A program made the translations under genes and the position numbers. This document shows, piece by piece, positions 44,733 through 54,044 of a stretch of 64,000 nt of DNA. The stretch comes from Nitrospirota bacterium (GTDB taxonomy: Bacteria; Nitrospirota; UBA9217). The stretch is from assembly GCA_963749655.1 (NCBI GenBank), contig CAVVOB010000030.1, forward strand, positions 64,001 to 128,000, written 5' to 3'. The notes beneath the pieces were generated by a model. The model searched no databases. It saw only the letters and a program-made list of their open reading frames with translations, and had not been told where the DNA came from. Within the stretch, counting starts at the first letter, position 1. Each line of letters opens with the position of its first letter.

Positions 44733-45959
44733 CTATCGGCCCACGATCACGGCCGAATTCTGGCCGTAGGGATCCGCAGAGGTCACCAGCACGTTTCTGA
44801 TTTTTTTCTCCCGTGCAGGGCCGGACACGACGTCGAGGTCGCACAGGGAGTCTTGTTCACGATAGTTCGCAACCGGCGGGACCACTCCCTCGTGGACCAT
44901 ACCCGCAGCCGCAGCCAGCGCGAGGGCGCCCGAAGCGGAGAAGGATTCTCCGATCATGGACTTGATCGCCGTTGCAGGTATCCCGGAAGCGCGGTCGCCG
45001 AAGAGGTCCCTGAGAACGGCCGCTTCCATGCGGTCGAGCCCGGGCGTCGAATTGGCAGAGCAGCAAAGGCAGTCGATGTCCGCGGGGCCGAGCGCGGCTT
45101 CACGGAGCGCCTGGGAGACGGCCCGGTGCAGGCCCTCCCCCTTGTGGCTGAAGTCGGCCTCTGCGGAAGGGTCGAAGGAATTGCCGCAGCCCAGGACGCG
45201 GGCGAGAATGTCGGCTCCCCTGCGGAGGGCGTACGCTTCTCTTTCGAGCACCAGGACGGCGGCGCCCTCGGACAGGACCATCCCGTTCCTCCTCGCGTCG
45301 AAGGGGCAGCAGAGCGGCGCGGTCCCGTCCAGGCCCGACAGCCACCGGAGCTCGTGAAAAAGCCGGAAGGTGTCCTCGCAGAGCTCTTCGACTCCTCCAG
45401 CGAGCACCACGTCGGCCCTGCCGAGGTTTATGAAATCCGACGCATACGCCACCGCGTCCAGGCCGGCGCAGAAACCCGTGGAGACGGTGCTGCTGAAGCC
45501 CCTGATCTTGAACCGGATCGATACCTGGCTGGCCGGTGAGTTGATGACCGTATTGGGAAAGTGCGAGGGATTGACGAATCGCGGCCCGTCCACGAGGCTG
45601 GAGCGGTCGAACCGGGCGATGCTGTCGAGGCTTCCGAAGGTTGTCCCGATGGAGACCCCTATTGAGCCGGTGTTGTCTTCCGTGATTGCGACCCGGCTGT
45701 CGTCCACAGCGAGCCGGGCGGCCGAGCAGAGCAGCCGGGTGCTCCGGTCGAGGTCGCGGAGCCCCTTTTTCCCCAGAAGCGGCAGCGGATCAAAATCCGT
45801 GATCTCGCCGGCCGTGCTCACGCGAAAGGCCCCGGTGTCGAACAGGGTAATGGGCCGGAACCCTGTTTTCCCCCGGAACAGGCCGTCCCAGTAGGCTGTT
45901 CTGCCTGCTGCAATGGGGGAGAGGACCCCGACGCCGGTTATGGCAATCCCCGTTCTCAT
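44733..45959 (-). CDS. Inactive KS homolog / chain-length-factor-like subunit
   Basis: KS fold, but STGFCAG, SANST and KSMIGE replace STACAAG, HGTGT and KSMLGH. Confidence 0.8.
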   Translation of the reverse strand: MRTGIAITGVGVLSPIAAGRTAYWDGLFRGKTGFRPITLFDTGAFRVSTAGEITDFDPLPLLGKKGLRDLDRSTRLLCSAARLAVDDSRVAITEDNTGSIGVSIGTTFGSLDSIARFDRSSLVDGPRFVNPSHFPNTVINSPASQVSIRFKIRGFSSTVSTGFCAGLDAVAYASDFINLGRADVVLAGGVEELCEDTFRLFHELRWLSGLDGTAPLCCPFDARRNGMVLSEGAAVLVLEREAYALRRGADILARVLGCGNSFDPSAEADFSHKGEGLHRAVSQALREAALGPADIDCLCCSANSTPGLDRMEAAVLRDLFGDRASGIPATAIKSMIGESFSASGALALAAAAGMVHEGVVPPVANYREQDSLCDLDVVSGPAREKKIRNVLVTSADPYGQNSAVIVGR

Positions 45960-45966
45960 GGCCGAA

Positions 45967-46719
45967 TTATATTCCCATTCCCCCGTCGAGCTGCACGGTC
46001 TGGCCGGTTATATACCCTGCGTCGTCGCTCAGCAGAAAAAGCACTGCCTGCGCCACTTCTTCGGCAGTGCCGAACCTTCGGAGCGGGATCATGTCCAGGA
46101 ACTTTTCCCTGCTCTTCCCGCCGAGCTCGTGCGTCATCTCGGTCTCGACAAAACCGGGCGCGACCGCGTTTACCCGGACATTATAAGGGGCCGCTTCGCG
46201 CGCCAGCGCTTTGGTGAAGCCGATCACGCCGGCCTTGGCCGCGGCGTAATTGACCTGCCCGGGCAGGGGGTGAATGCCGCTTACCGAGGCGATGTTCACG
46301 ATGCTTCCGCTCTTTTGCTTGAGCAGGGTAATGATGCACGCCCGCGTGGTGTTGAAGACCCCCGTGAGGTTCGTATCGATCACGTCGGACCATTCTTCCG
46401 CAGTCATCATCATGAGCGACCGGTCGCGCGTGATCCCGGCATTGTTGACCAGGGCGTCGAGTCTGCCGAACCTGCTTTTCACGTCTTCGACAAGGGCCTT
46501 TGCGCCCTCGAGGTCCCGCACATCAAGCTGAAAAGGGAGCGCTTGTCTGCCGGTCCCGGCGATCTCCTGTGACAACGCAGCCGCCGAGGCGCTGTCCCGG
46601 ACATAGGTGAAGGCGCAGTCGGCGCCGGCACCGCAGATCGCGCGCACAACGGCGCGCCCGATGCCCCGCGTCCCGCCGGTCACGAGCGCAACCTTGTTGG
46701 AAAGTGTCTTGTGCTCCAG
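45967..46719 (-). CDS. 3-oxoacyl-ACP reductase (FabG-like); probable CTG start
   Basis: ALVTGGTRGIG, NNAGITRD, YAAAK, VAPGF; AGGAGG 5 nt upstream of CTG 46719. Confidence 0.92.
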   Translation of the reverse strand: MEHKTLSNKVALVTGGTRGIGRAVVRAICGAGADCAFTYVRDSASAAALSQEIAGTGRQALPFQLDVRDLEGAKALVEDVKSRFGRLDALVNNAGITRDRSLMMMTAEEWSDVIDTNLTGVFNTTRACIITLLKQKSGSIVNIASVSGIHPLPGQVNYAAAKAGVIGFTKALAREAAPYNVRVNAVAPGFVETEMTHELGGKSREKFLDMIPLRRFGTAEEVAQAVLFLLSDDAGYITGQTVQLDGGMGI

Positions 46720-46825
46720 GATCGCCTCCTCGCCCTCGGCGGGCTCCCCGCTCTATGAAGCAGCGAATCTCACTATATCATTATCCGCTTTCCGTTACAA
46801 GACGAAGGATGAGCGTCGCCGCGCT

Positions 46826-47878
46826 TCACTTCTTCGTCGCGGTGTAGAAGACGATCGAGCCGGAATCGACGCGGCTCATGGACAGCGCAGAGTCCGGAAT
46901 GCCCGCCTGGCGAAGCAGCCTGACGAAATCCTTTTCCTTGCGCTGAAGGAAGCCGTCCCAGTCCACGAGCCAGTGGAATATCTCGGCGCGGTAACGGTCC
47001 GCATCCTTGAACGCGGCGATGAGCTTGCCGCCGTCGTTCAGCATCCCGTAGAGCGAGGACAGCAGTTTTACGAGAAAATCGTCGGGCAGATAGTCGAAAA
47101 AGCCGATGCTGTATATGACGTCCTGTTTGCCGAATTCCGCCTGCGCCGTCTCGTGGTCGAACATCCGGAGCGCGTTGTACTGCCGCACATCAGCCTGGTC
47201 CGCGGTGAGTCCGGCGTAGGTCAGCCGGTCGAGGGAAAAATCGAGGGCCTCGGGGTCCAGGTCCACGCAGGTGAACTTTGCGCCCGAGGTTTTGATGTCC
47301 TGGGCCAGCTCGAAGACTTCCCTGCACGAGCCGCAGGCGATGTCGAGCACCTTCAGATCGCGGCGCCCGAGCAGCTCGTTTTTCAGGAGGTCGCGCAGTG
47401 TGGCGACGCGTTCCCGCACACCCACGCCCAGGGCCGTGGTGAGCAGATACTTATCGAGATAGTAGCCGATGCCGCTGGACATCGGCATGTTCTTGTACGC
47501 CAACTCCAGGGTCATGAAGTCCCCCTGCTGTCCGTTGGGCCAGGTCCTGGTCCGGTTGATGCAGTAGCTTTTGGAAAGCATCGGGTGCGTTCTGTCGCGA
47601 AAGGAGACCTGGGCGTTCTTCACGCTCAGCGGGTCGTCCATTTCCCGTTCTACCTGCGCGCACGCTTCAAGCATGGAATCGGTGAGGACCGTCACTTCGT
47701 CGAGGATTGCCTCGCGGTCGGTTCCGGGCCGCAAACACCGTGATTCGCAGTCCTTCAGTTGTTCCAGATACTGATCGATCTTCTCGTTAAACCGCTCCAC
47801 ATACGTCGCCGGCCTGTCCTGAACCAGGCCGGAATGCTCCAGAACTGCCTCTCTGTGATAGGTTAATACGTTCTGCAT
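46826..47878 (-). CDS. PhcB-like class I SAM methyltransferase (fatty-acid methyl ester signal synthase family)
   Basis: WP.G..GDF..LE, VLDIACGSCRE, DLDPEAL, IYSIGFFDYL.D, L.DGG.L, VDW...R. Confidence 0.7.
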   Translation of the reverse strand: MQNVLTYHREAVLEHSGLVQDRPATYVERFNEKIDQYLEQLKDCESRCLRPGTDREAILDEVTVLTDSMLEACAQVEREMDDPLSVKNAQVSFRDRTHPMLSKSYCINRTRTWPNGQQGDFMTLELAYKNMPMSSGIGYYLDKYLLTTALGVGVRERVATLRDLLKNELLGRRDLKVLDIACGSCREVFELAQDIKTSGAKFTCVDLDPEALDFSLDRLTYAGLTADQADVRQYNALRMFDHETAQAEFGKQDVIYSIGFFDYLPDDFLVKLLSSLYGMLNDGGKLIAAFKDADRYRAEIFHWLVDWDGFLQRKEKDFVRLLRQAGIPDSALSMSRVDSGSIVFYTATKK

Positions 47879-48222
47879 TGTGTTGCCTCCTCGTTATGGG
47901 TTGTTTTTAATTGCACGGTTGTTTGGGTATAAGATGAAAGTAGCGGGCGCGATGAGTTGAAAGGGGGATGACGCAGAAATTCGGCAAGGATTGTCCGGCC
48001 ATGAGGCGCGTGAGAAAGGACGCGTGACACTACACTGTGCAAGCGGCCGCCTGCTCCGCTTACGTTCGCATAAATCACCATGCATGAAAGTTCCCCCCCG
48101 GGAAAAAACCAGAACTGATCCTGGAGCCCGACAGCGGGGAGCCCTGAAAGGATTCGCAAGGATCGAACCCCGGGTTTCCGCAGATAAAGGCCGCCAGGAA
48201 AACAAAAATATTTTGCGTGCAT

Positions 48223-48250
48223 ATTATACATAAGTACTGTTTGTTGTAAA
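48223..48250 (-). promoter_or_regulatory. Putative sigma70 promoter for the phcB-like/FAS operon
   Basis: Minus strand TTTACA-16-TATAAT in AT-rich DNA. Confidence 0.45.
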
Positions 48251-48507
48251 GAACGTATTGAATGATACTGCGGATTTTTATTCAGGGAGGTGATTTGGAT
48301 TGCAAAACTAAAACTTTATGATTATTGCTAATTGTGCCTTTTTGTTCACTAATAAGCGACTCGCGGTGCCAAAATTCTTGGTCAGCATCGTCGGCAGGGC
48401 AACGAGGGGTCCTTTGGGGGGGGGGGCGAAATCAGGACAGATCGGGTTCGCGGGACCGGGGAGGGTTCCCGGGGTTTGCGCATCAAAGGCATATGCTGAT
48501 CCGGAGT

Positions 48508-49038
48508 CTATTTTCTTTTGTAGAGGCCCATCAGCTCTGCCTGCGCCAGGATGTGGCCCTTCATCGCCTTTTCGAGGGCCGCCTTCGAAGCTCCCTGATC
48601 GAGCGACGGCGCAGCATCGAGTGCGTAGAGCTTGAAGAAGTACCGGTGCGTGCCCGACGGAGGGCAGGGGCCGCCATAGGCTTTTCTCCTGAAGTCGGTC
48701 ATGCCCTGCAATGCGCCTGCCGGGGCCGAGTTCTCCCCGATCTCCTTCGTGGCGGGGCTGATGTTCCAGACCACCCAGTGCACCCACGTCCCTGCAGGAG
48801 CGTCGGGATCGTCGACGATCAGGGCGAGGGATTTTGTTCCAGCCGGTACGTCTCCGATCGTGAGCGGCGGATTTATATCCGAACCGTCGCAGGTATATTT
48901 TGCAGGGATGCTGCCGCCGGGAGTAAATGCCGGGCTTGATAACGTCAGCGTGCTCATAGGACCAGCCTCCATGTTCGCGAAGGAAAGAGCAATGGCTGCA
49001 ACAATGAACAGGACCGAGTCTTTTTGTCCGCTACCCAT
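48508..49038 (-). CDS. YbhB/YbcL (PEBP/RKIP) family protein
   Basis: YTCDG...PPL, DDPDAP.G.WVHW, YGGPCPP.G.HRY.F. Confidence 0.93.
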   Translation of the reverse strand: MGSGQKDSVLFIVAAIALSFANMEAGPMSTLTLSSPAFTPGGSIPAKYTCDGSDINPPLTIGDVPAGTKSLALIVDDPDAPAGTWVHWVVWNISPATKEIGENSAPAGALQGMTDFRRKAYGGPCPPSGTHRYFFKLYALDAAPSLDQGASKAALEKAMKGHILAQAELMGLYKRK

Positions 49039-49109
49039 GCTGTCATCCTTCCGTATTCACATTCGCAGAGAACACCATTATTCCTAAAGGATAGCACAAC
49101 GGGCATGAG

Positions 49110-49151
49110 GAAAAAATAGAGGGCAGGCCTGGTCTTCAGACCTGCCCTGCA
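49110..49151 (-). terminator. Terminator after cold-shock gene
   Basis: AGGGCAGGTCTG...CAGGCCTGCCCT stem followed by T-run on minus strand. Confidence 0.75.
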
Positions 49152-49166
49152 GCGGAAGGACGGTCC

Positions 49167-49373
49167 TTACGCCGCTTTGGTGACATGTGTTGCCTTGAGC
49201 CCTTTCGGGCTTTCTACAACCTCGAAAGAAACCTCCTCGCCTTCCGCGAGGGTCTTGTACCCGTCGATCTCGATTTCGCTGTAATGCACAAAGACGTCGC
49301 CGCCGCCGTCTTTTTCTATGAATCCAAAGCCCTTGGACTCATTGAACCATTTTACTTTGCCATGTGTTGCCAT
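49167..49373 (-). CDS. Cold-shock protein (CspA family)
   Basis: [22 protein letters not shown]. Confidence 0.96.
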   Translation of the reverse strand: MATHGKVKWFNESKGFGFIEKDGGGDVFVHYSEIEIDGYKTLAEGEEVSFEVVESPKGLKATHVTKAA

Positions 49374-49419
49374 ATACCGCGCCTCCTTACTGTCGTGAAG
49401 TCCGGATTGCGAAAACACA

Positions 49420-49451
49420 AAAGCCGCGAAGCTAAAAGTCTTCGCGGCCTT
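49420..49451 (-). promoter_or_regulatory. Strong hairpin + T-tract in csp 5' leader
   Basis: AAGGCCGCGAAG-acttttag-CTTCGCGGCTTT then TGTGTTTT. Confidence 0.55.
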
Positions 49452-49530
49452 TCGTACTGCAAAAAACTTCCGAACCTCTGTATATATGTTGACTCTCAGG
49501 AGGAGAGATGTCAAGAGAGAAGAGAATATT

Positions 49531-49643
49531 TGCCACAGAGTGCAGAGAGGGCACAGAGAAAACGACCATGGACACGATCTTCCCCAGGAGGTCCGGCGTG
49601 GTCGATTTGAACTAAAAACTAAGAACTCAAAACTAAGAACTGC
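49531..49643. repeat. Adjacent nonamer (CACAGAG) and heptamer (AACTNAR) repeat arms
   Basis: gccacagagtgcagagagggcacagag; aactaaa aactaag aactcaa aactaag aact. Confidence 0.65.
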
Positions 49644-49683
49644 CTTAAGGTCTATCCGCAGATGACGAAGAAAATATGATCTC

Positions 49684-49713
49684 TTGACAAGTGAACATGT
49701 GTTCACCTATAAT
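49684..49713 (+). promoter_or_regulatory. Sigma70 promoter with LexA-type operator in the spacer
   Basis: TTGACA-18-TATAAT; GTGAAC-ATGT-GTTCAC (49691-49706) matches GAAC-N4-GTTC. Confidence 0.8.
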
Positions 49714-49762
49714 AGGGCCATCGGATGGATGCTTGTGTTCGTCCGGCAGGAAAGAAGGTCTT

Positions 49763-50311
49763 ATGCATACTAGTACGCCCACCGCCTTGAAGGTATTCCA
49801 TCGCCTTGAAGATCTCGCCAATAAATCCCGCAACGAAGAAAAGAGAAGATTGGACCCCGTTGCCGTGCCGCACGAATACCGGGTCCTGGGCCTCGTGGAA
49901 GCGGGGTGGCCGAGCCCGGCAGAGGAGGAGCTCCGGGACACGCTCTCGCTCGACGAATTCCTGGTCCAGAACCCCGACGCCTCGTTCCTGCTCAAGGTCT
50001 CCGGAGATTCCATGACCGGCGCAGGGATCATGCCCGGCGACCTGGTGATCGTGGACCGCGGCCAGACCGCGAAGAGCGGCGACATCGTGATCGCCGAGGT
50101 GGACGGCGAGTGGACCATGAAGTTCCTGAAAAAGAGCGGCGACGCGGTGTACCTGGTGCCCGCGAACCCCAAGTATAAACCCATCAAACCGCAGCGCGAA
50201 CTCAAGATCACCGGCGTGGTCACGGCGGTGGTGCGGAAGTACCAGCGGGGTTCGAGCGACAGGGGCAGGGGAGGCGGGACAAAGGTTTCGGGACAGACGG
50301 ACGGAGAATAG
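49763..50311 (+). CDS. UmuD/LexA-like S24 autopeptidase without an obvious HTH
   Basis: VEAGWPSPA (Ala-Gly cleavage site), VSGDSM (Ser), WTMK (Lys). Confidence 0.88.
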   Translation: MHTSTPTALKVFHRLEDLANKSRNEEKRRLDPVAVPHEYRVLGLVEAGWPSPAEEELRDTLSLDEFLVQNPDASFLLKVSGDSMTGAGIMPGDLVIVDRGQTAKSGDIVIAEVDGEWTMKFLKKSGDAVYLVPANPKYKPIKPQRELKITGVVTAVVRKYQRGSSDRGRGGGTKVSGQTDGE

Positions 50312-50400
50312 CGGCGGGGACTGATGTCACATCAAGGCGGTCCGGAAAAACACATTTCTGTTTGCCTTCGTCCGGAATTCGTGATTTAATGGGGTGCGCG

Positions 50401-50738
50401 GTGAAGACGCGGCTGATCATCAAAGCGGGAAAACCGGGGACCAAACGGCTCGTAGAAAAATATGGCGACGCTCTGCTGTGCGTCCGCTTCAGGTATGATT
50501 CGTCGTCGCATCAGCGGTTGAAGACAGTCGAGCTGGTCGTGGAAAAGACCGAATGGACCCCTGCTCCGCAGCGCTATGCAGGAGACACTCTGGTTCCTCT
50601 GCGCATCGGGGTCGCCGACATGTCCGCACGGTCACAGGCCAAGGCAGCGGGAGGTCGATGGGACCCGGAGAAGAGGCTGTGGTTCGTAAGATACGATAAG
50701 GTCGCGGGAAGCACGCTGGAAAATTATATATATGTGAT
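50401..50738 (+). CDS. Conserved hypothetical protein (PGTK..YG..L.CVR.RYD; C-terminal DUF5710-like GGRWDP..RLW); last codon hit by IS insertions
   Basis: GTG start; removing both ISs restores ...ENYIYV-TAG. Confidence 0.7.
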
Positions 50739-52074
50739 CAGTACTGTCCGGTTGTTACGTAAATAGATTCAATTGGTTATCGTCATGCTGCTCCATTTCA
50801 CGATCTATGGTTTCCTGAACCACTTGAGAAATAGACTTTTTCTCAAACAGGTTCACCTCCAAAATCTGTAGAATTGTGTGGAGACTTCCAGGAAGGTTCA
50901 AACGCTTCTTGACAATCGCCACGAGAAGATAAACGCTGACGGCTGTCCAGATTCTGAATTTTGACCGCGTTGGGCGATGTGCCAAAGAACGATTTGATCC
51001 TCAGGTGTTGCTTGATCCACTTGAAGAATAGCTCCACTTGCCATCGCGACCGATAGATGTCCGCTACAGTCTTCGCTGGCAGAAGGAAGTTGTTTGTAAG
51101 AAACACGAGGCGCTTGTCCCGTTCGATATCGTAATAGCGAACCCGGCGCATGGGATCGGGATAGGCCAATCGAGAATTGAACCCGACGAGCACAACGGTT
51201 TGATCGGCTTGGACTCCGATGGTTTTGTCGACCGGTGCAGAATATATACGACGAAGCCTTTGATTGTGCTTCGTCCGGATCACGAAGTAGGCCGAGAGCT
51301 GATTGATACGATAAAGCCGTTCGAAATCGAGATAGGCGCGGTCCATGGTATAGACCGAATCGGCTTTTATAGGAACGGCATCCATCATATTGACGTCGTG
51401 AACGCTTGCGGGAGTGACGAAAATAAAGGTCGGAATCGACCCCTGGACATTGAGCAGCGTATGGATCTTGACAGCTGCCTTCTTCTTGCGAAACGTGGCC
51501 CATGGGAATGTCGAGAGACACAGATCGATAACCGTTGAGTCCAGGGCATAGATCGCGAGTTTTAGGTCCAGGCCAAGTTCCTCGTTTCGGTAGAGGGAGC
51601 TGGCCTCGTTGATGAGCATGTACCCGAAGTCTTGATAGATTCGAAAGTCGCGAAGCTCGTTGGCATCCGCCAAGGTAGATTTGGCAATCTTGCCTCGGAA
51701 TGCCCATGTGATAGAGCTTCTGGCGATGTGAGTTCAGACACGTTACGATATCGCGCAGGCTTTCTCGATAGGTCAATTGCGCGAATGCCATGCAGAGCAA
51801 CTGATCGAGACATGAAAAGCTCCTGACCTTGTGAGTTGCCCTGATAGCGATTCACGCATTGATTGAACTCGTACCGTCGGCAGATGTTGAATCAGTTGAG
51901 CAAAGACCGTTTTCCCGGAATTCATCCCTGTCCCTCCTCAGGCAGTGTTGAGGGTGGATTATAAGATGAATTCAGAGAAACGAAGTTCAAATCGAAAAGT
52001 TGCATTTTGGCCATTATCTTTTTGTATTACTGTAGGTTATCGCGTTTCAGAAAAACGATAACCGGACACTACTG
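50739..52074 (-). mobile_element. IS4-family element, 15-bp TIRs, 9-bp TSD ATATGTGAT; transposase 51925-50755 with several frameshifts
   Basis: CAGTACTGTCCGGTT / AACCGGACACTACTG; TSD at 50730-50738 and 52075-52083; ALDST, DRAY, Y..RW.VELFFKWIKQ. Confidence 0.93.
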
Positions 52075-52080
52075 ATATGT

Positions 52081-53952
52081 GATGAACTCGTAAGAAGTCA
52101 CGCAGCATGAAGAGCCGCATGCCGTATCTCAGCCCCTCGCAAGCAGTCGAAAGGCCTGATCGTACGGAAAACACGCTGCAATCGCTCTTTGACAGCACAA
52201 GACAACATGGTAAAAACGGATGTGGGGGCTGATTCTCCTCCGGTTTCTCGTTTCTGGAACGCTGCTGCCCGGATGATATTGATTCCAGCGGCTTTCAGGT
52301 ATGCGGCGAAGCTCACAGCAGACATGCCTCAGACGCGAAGATTCTTAAGTCCGGTCAAGCGATCAAGCTGGGACATCGTCCCTTCAATACCCGCTCGGAA
52401 GCGGTACCGGTCCCGAAATTCGGGGGATGCTTCGTACACACGTCGCTGGGCAAGACGGATCGCGTTATCGTCATACCTGAGAGAGCGTCCTTTTTTGACG
52501 GGCTTCGTCGGACACGTTTTCTTGCGGGAACAGCCTCGACAGGTCCTTTTTGAAAAGAACGCGATGTGCCTATCATCGAGGCATTGGGTATGTTCCGGCA
52601 CACGTCCTGCCGGGCATAAGGTGACTTCGCGCTCGCTGTTCATGGTGAATTCTGTGAGCGAAAAGGCCGTAGGTCCTGCACCCTTGACCGGTGAAACAAT
52701 TTCAACACCCAGAGTCTCTGCCTTCCGGCAGTTTTCGACACCGCCGTAAAGGGTATCGGCAAGGGCTTCCTTCGGCTTCAGGCCAAGCTTCGCAGTGGTT
52801 TCGATGAGTGGGATCAAGGCATGTGCGTCGCGCTTGTGTGCAGGTTCGGCGATCACCGCAGTAATCAAATTCAGGGTGTCGGCGTCTTCGGAAGTGTCAT
52901 AGCTTTCGGCCACCTGCATCTGATAGCCTTGGCCCTTATAGCCGTTATATCCGGCATCAGGGTCGGAAGGGTTCTGCAACGAGTCGGACGGCACTTCTTT
53001 GTTCGCTTTGACCGAAACCTGAGTTGTATGAGTGTCAACTCGTTCCAAGATGCATTGTTCCTGAAGCAGACGGACAAGCAGCTGATAACTGGTCATGGTG
53101 ACAACCGGCTCGTTACCCGTGAATCGCTCAACGAGGGTGAATAGATCCGCAGCCAGGTCGGCGAGTGTCTTCATCGATTCTGAAGGCTTGACCATCGAGA
53201 AGACGGCCTCTCCCTGTTTGGTCATGTACCGGTCGGATAGGGCCTTATCCAAAGCTGCGGAGAGATCTTTATGATGGCGCTTGAGGTTTACGAGGAACTT
53301 CTTGATGGTCTTGACGAACAGCCCGATCCGGCCTAGATGACGCATGTTGGAAAAGATATGGACCGAGTCGAAGCGCTGCTTCGAGACATCGACTTTGAAC
53401 ACATCAGCAAGCTTCTTCGTAACTTCGTCGAAGATGTCCTGGTACAAGTTCCGCTCGGTCAGGACATTCCGCATGGTCCAGAGGGTTTTGGGACTGACAT
53501 AGGCGTCGGCATCGGCAGTACTGGTGATGTTCAAGGCGTAATGCCACTGCAGGTTATAGGCGAACTGGTCTACTGCTTCCTCGTCGGTCAGATCGTGCAT
53601 CTGCTGGATCACCATGAGGCCGAGCATGGCGTAAAGCTCCTTGGTCGGGGCTCCCATGAGCGGATCATACGTGGAGAACACCTTCTCGACTGGAAGTGTG
53701 GGAAGGATGTGCCCCCGGAAAATATTTGCCCAAGACGCCTCGATGCGTTGCTTCCGCTTGGGTCCTAAGAAGGGAAACGGGTCGAACATGTCGGGGGTTT
53801 TGTGATCCTTGATATGGATCATGTCGGCTCCTTAGGTGCAATGAGTGATACTGTTGTGTATCACAAAACCCCTTGTGCTGCAAAGGAAATATGATGATTC
53901 GCGTAACGTTTGTTTGGATGAGTCATCTCAATTCTGTTTTTACGAGACCATC
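52081..53952 (-). mobile_element. IS1182/ISNCY-like DDE element; transposase 53822-52098 with frameshift near 52327; probable 4-bp TSD ATGT
   Basis: Ends GATGAACTCGTAAGAAG / GTTTTTACGAGACCATC; R.DS.H, SLQNPSDPDA.Y, AD..YG, Y..RAGIEGT. Confidence 0.85.
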
Positions 53953-53969
53953 ATGTGTAGATGATCGAG

Positions 53970-53995
53970 GCCGTAGAGATAATAACTTGTTAGTT
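53970..53995 (+). other. Candidate attI-like core site (G|TTAGTT) at start of cassette region
   Basis: GTTAGTT at 53989-53995 just before the first low-GC gene; same heptamer precedes the cassette at 17133. Confidence 0.35.
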
Positions 53996-54044
53996 TTCAA
54001 ATACGAGAAGTCAATTCCTATTCAATTGCTTTTTGGAGATGCAG

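Noticed and set aside
48119-48199. c-di-AMP or c-di-GMP riboswitch
   Set aside because: Only a short GAGCCCGACAGC resemblance, on the wrong strand for the operon and without the other conserved blocks.
48416-48427. Poly-G tract as a phase-variation switch
   Set aside because: Intergenic, not within an identified promoter or ORF, and homopolymer length is unreliable in this assembly.
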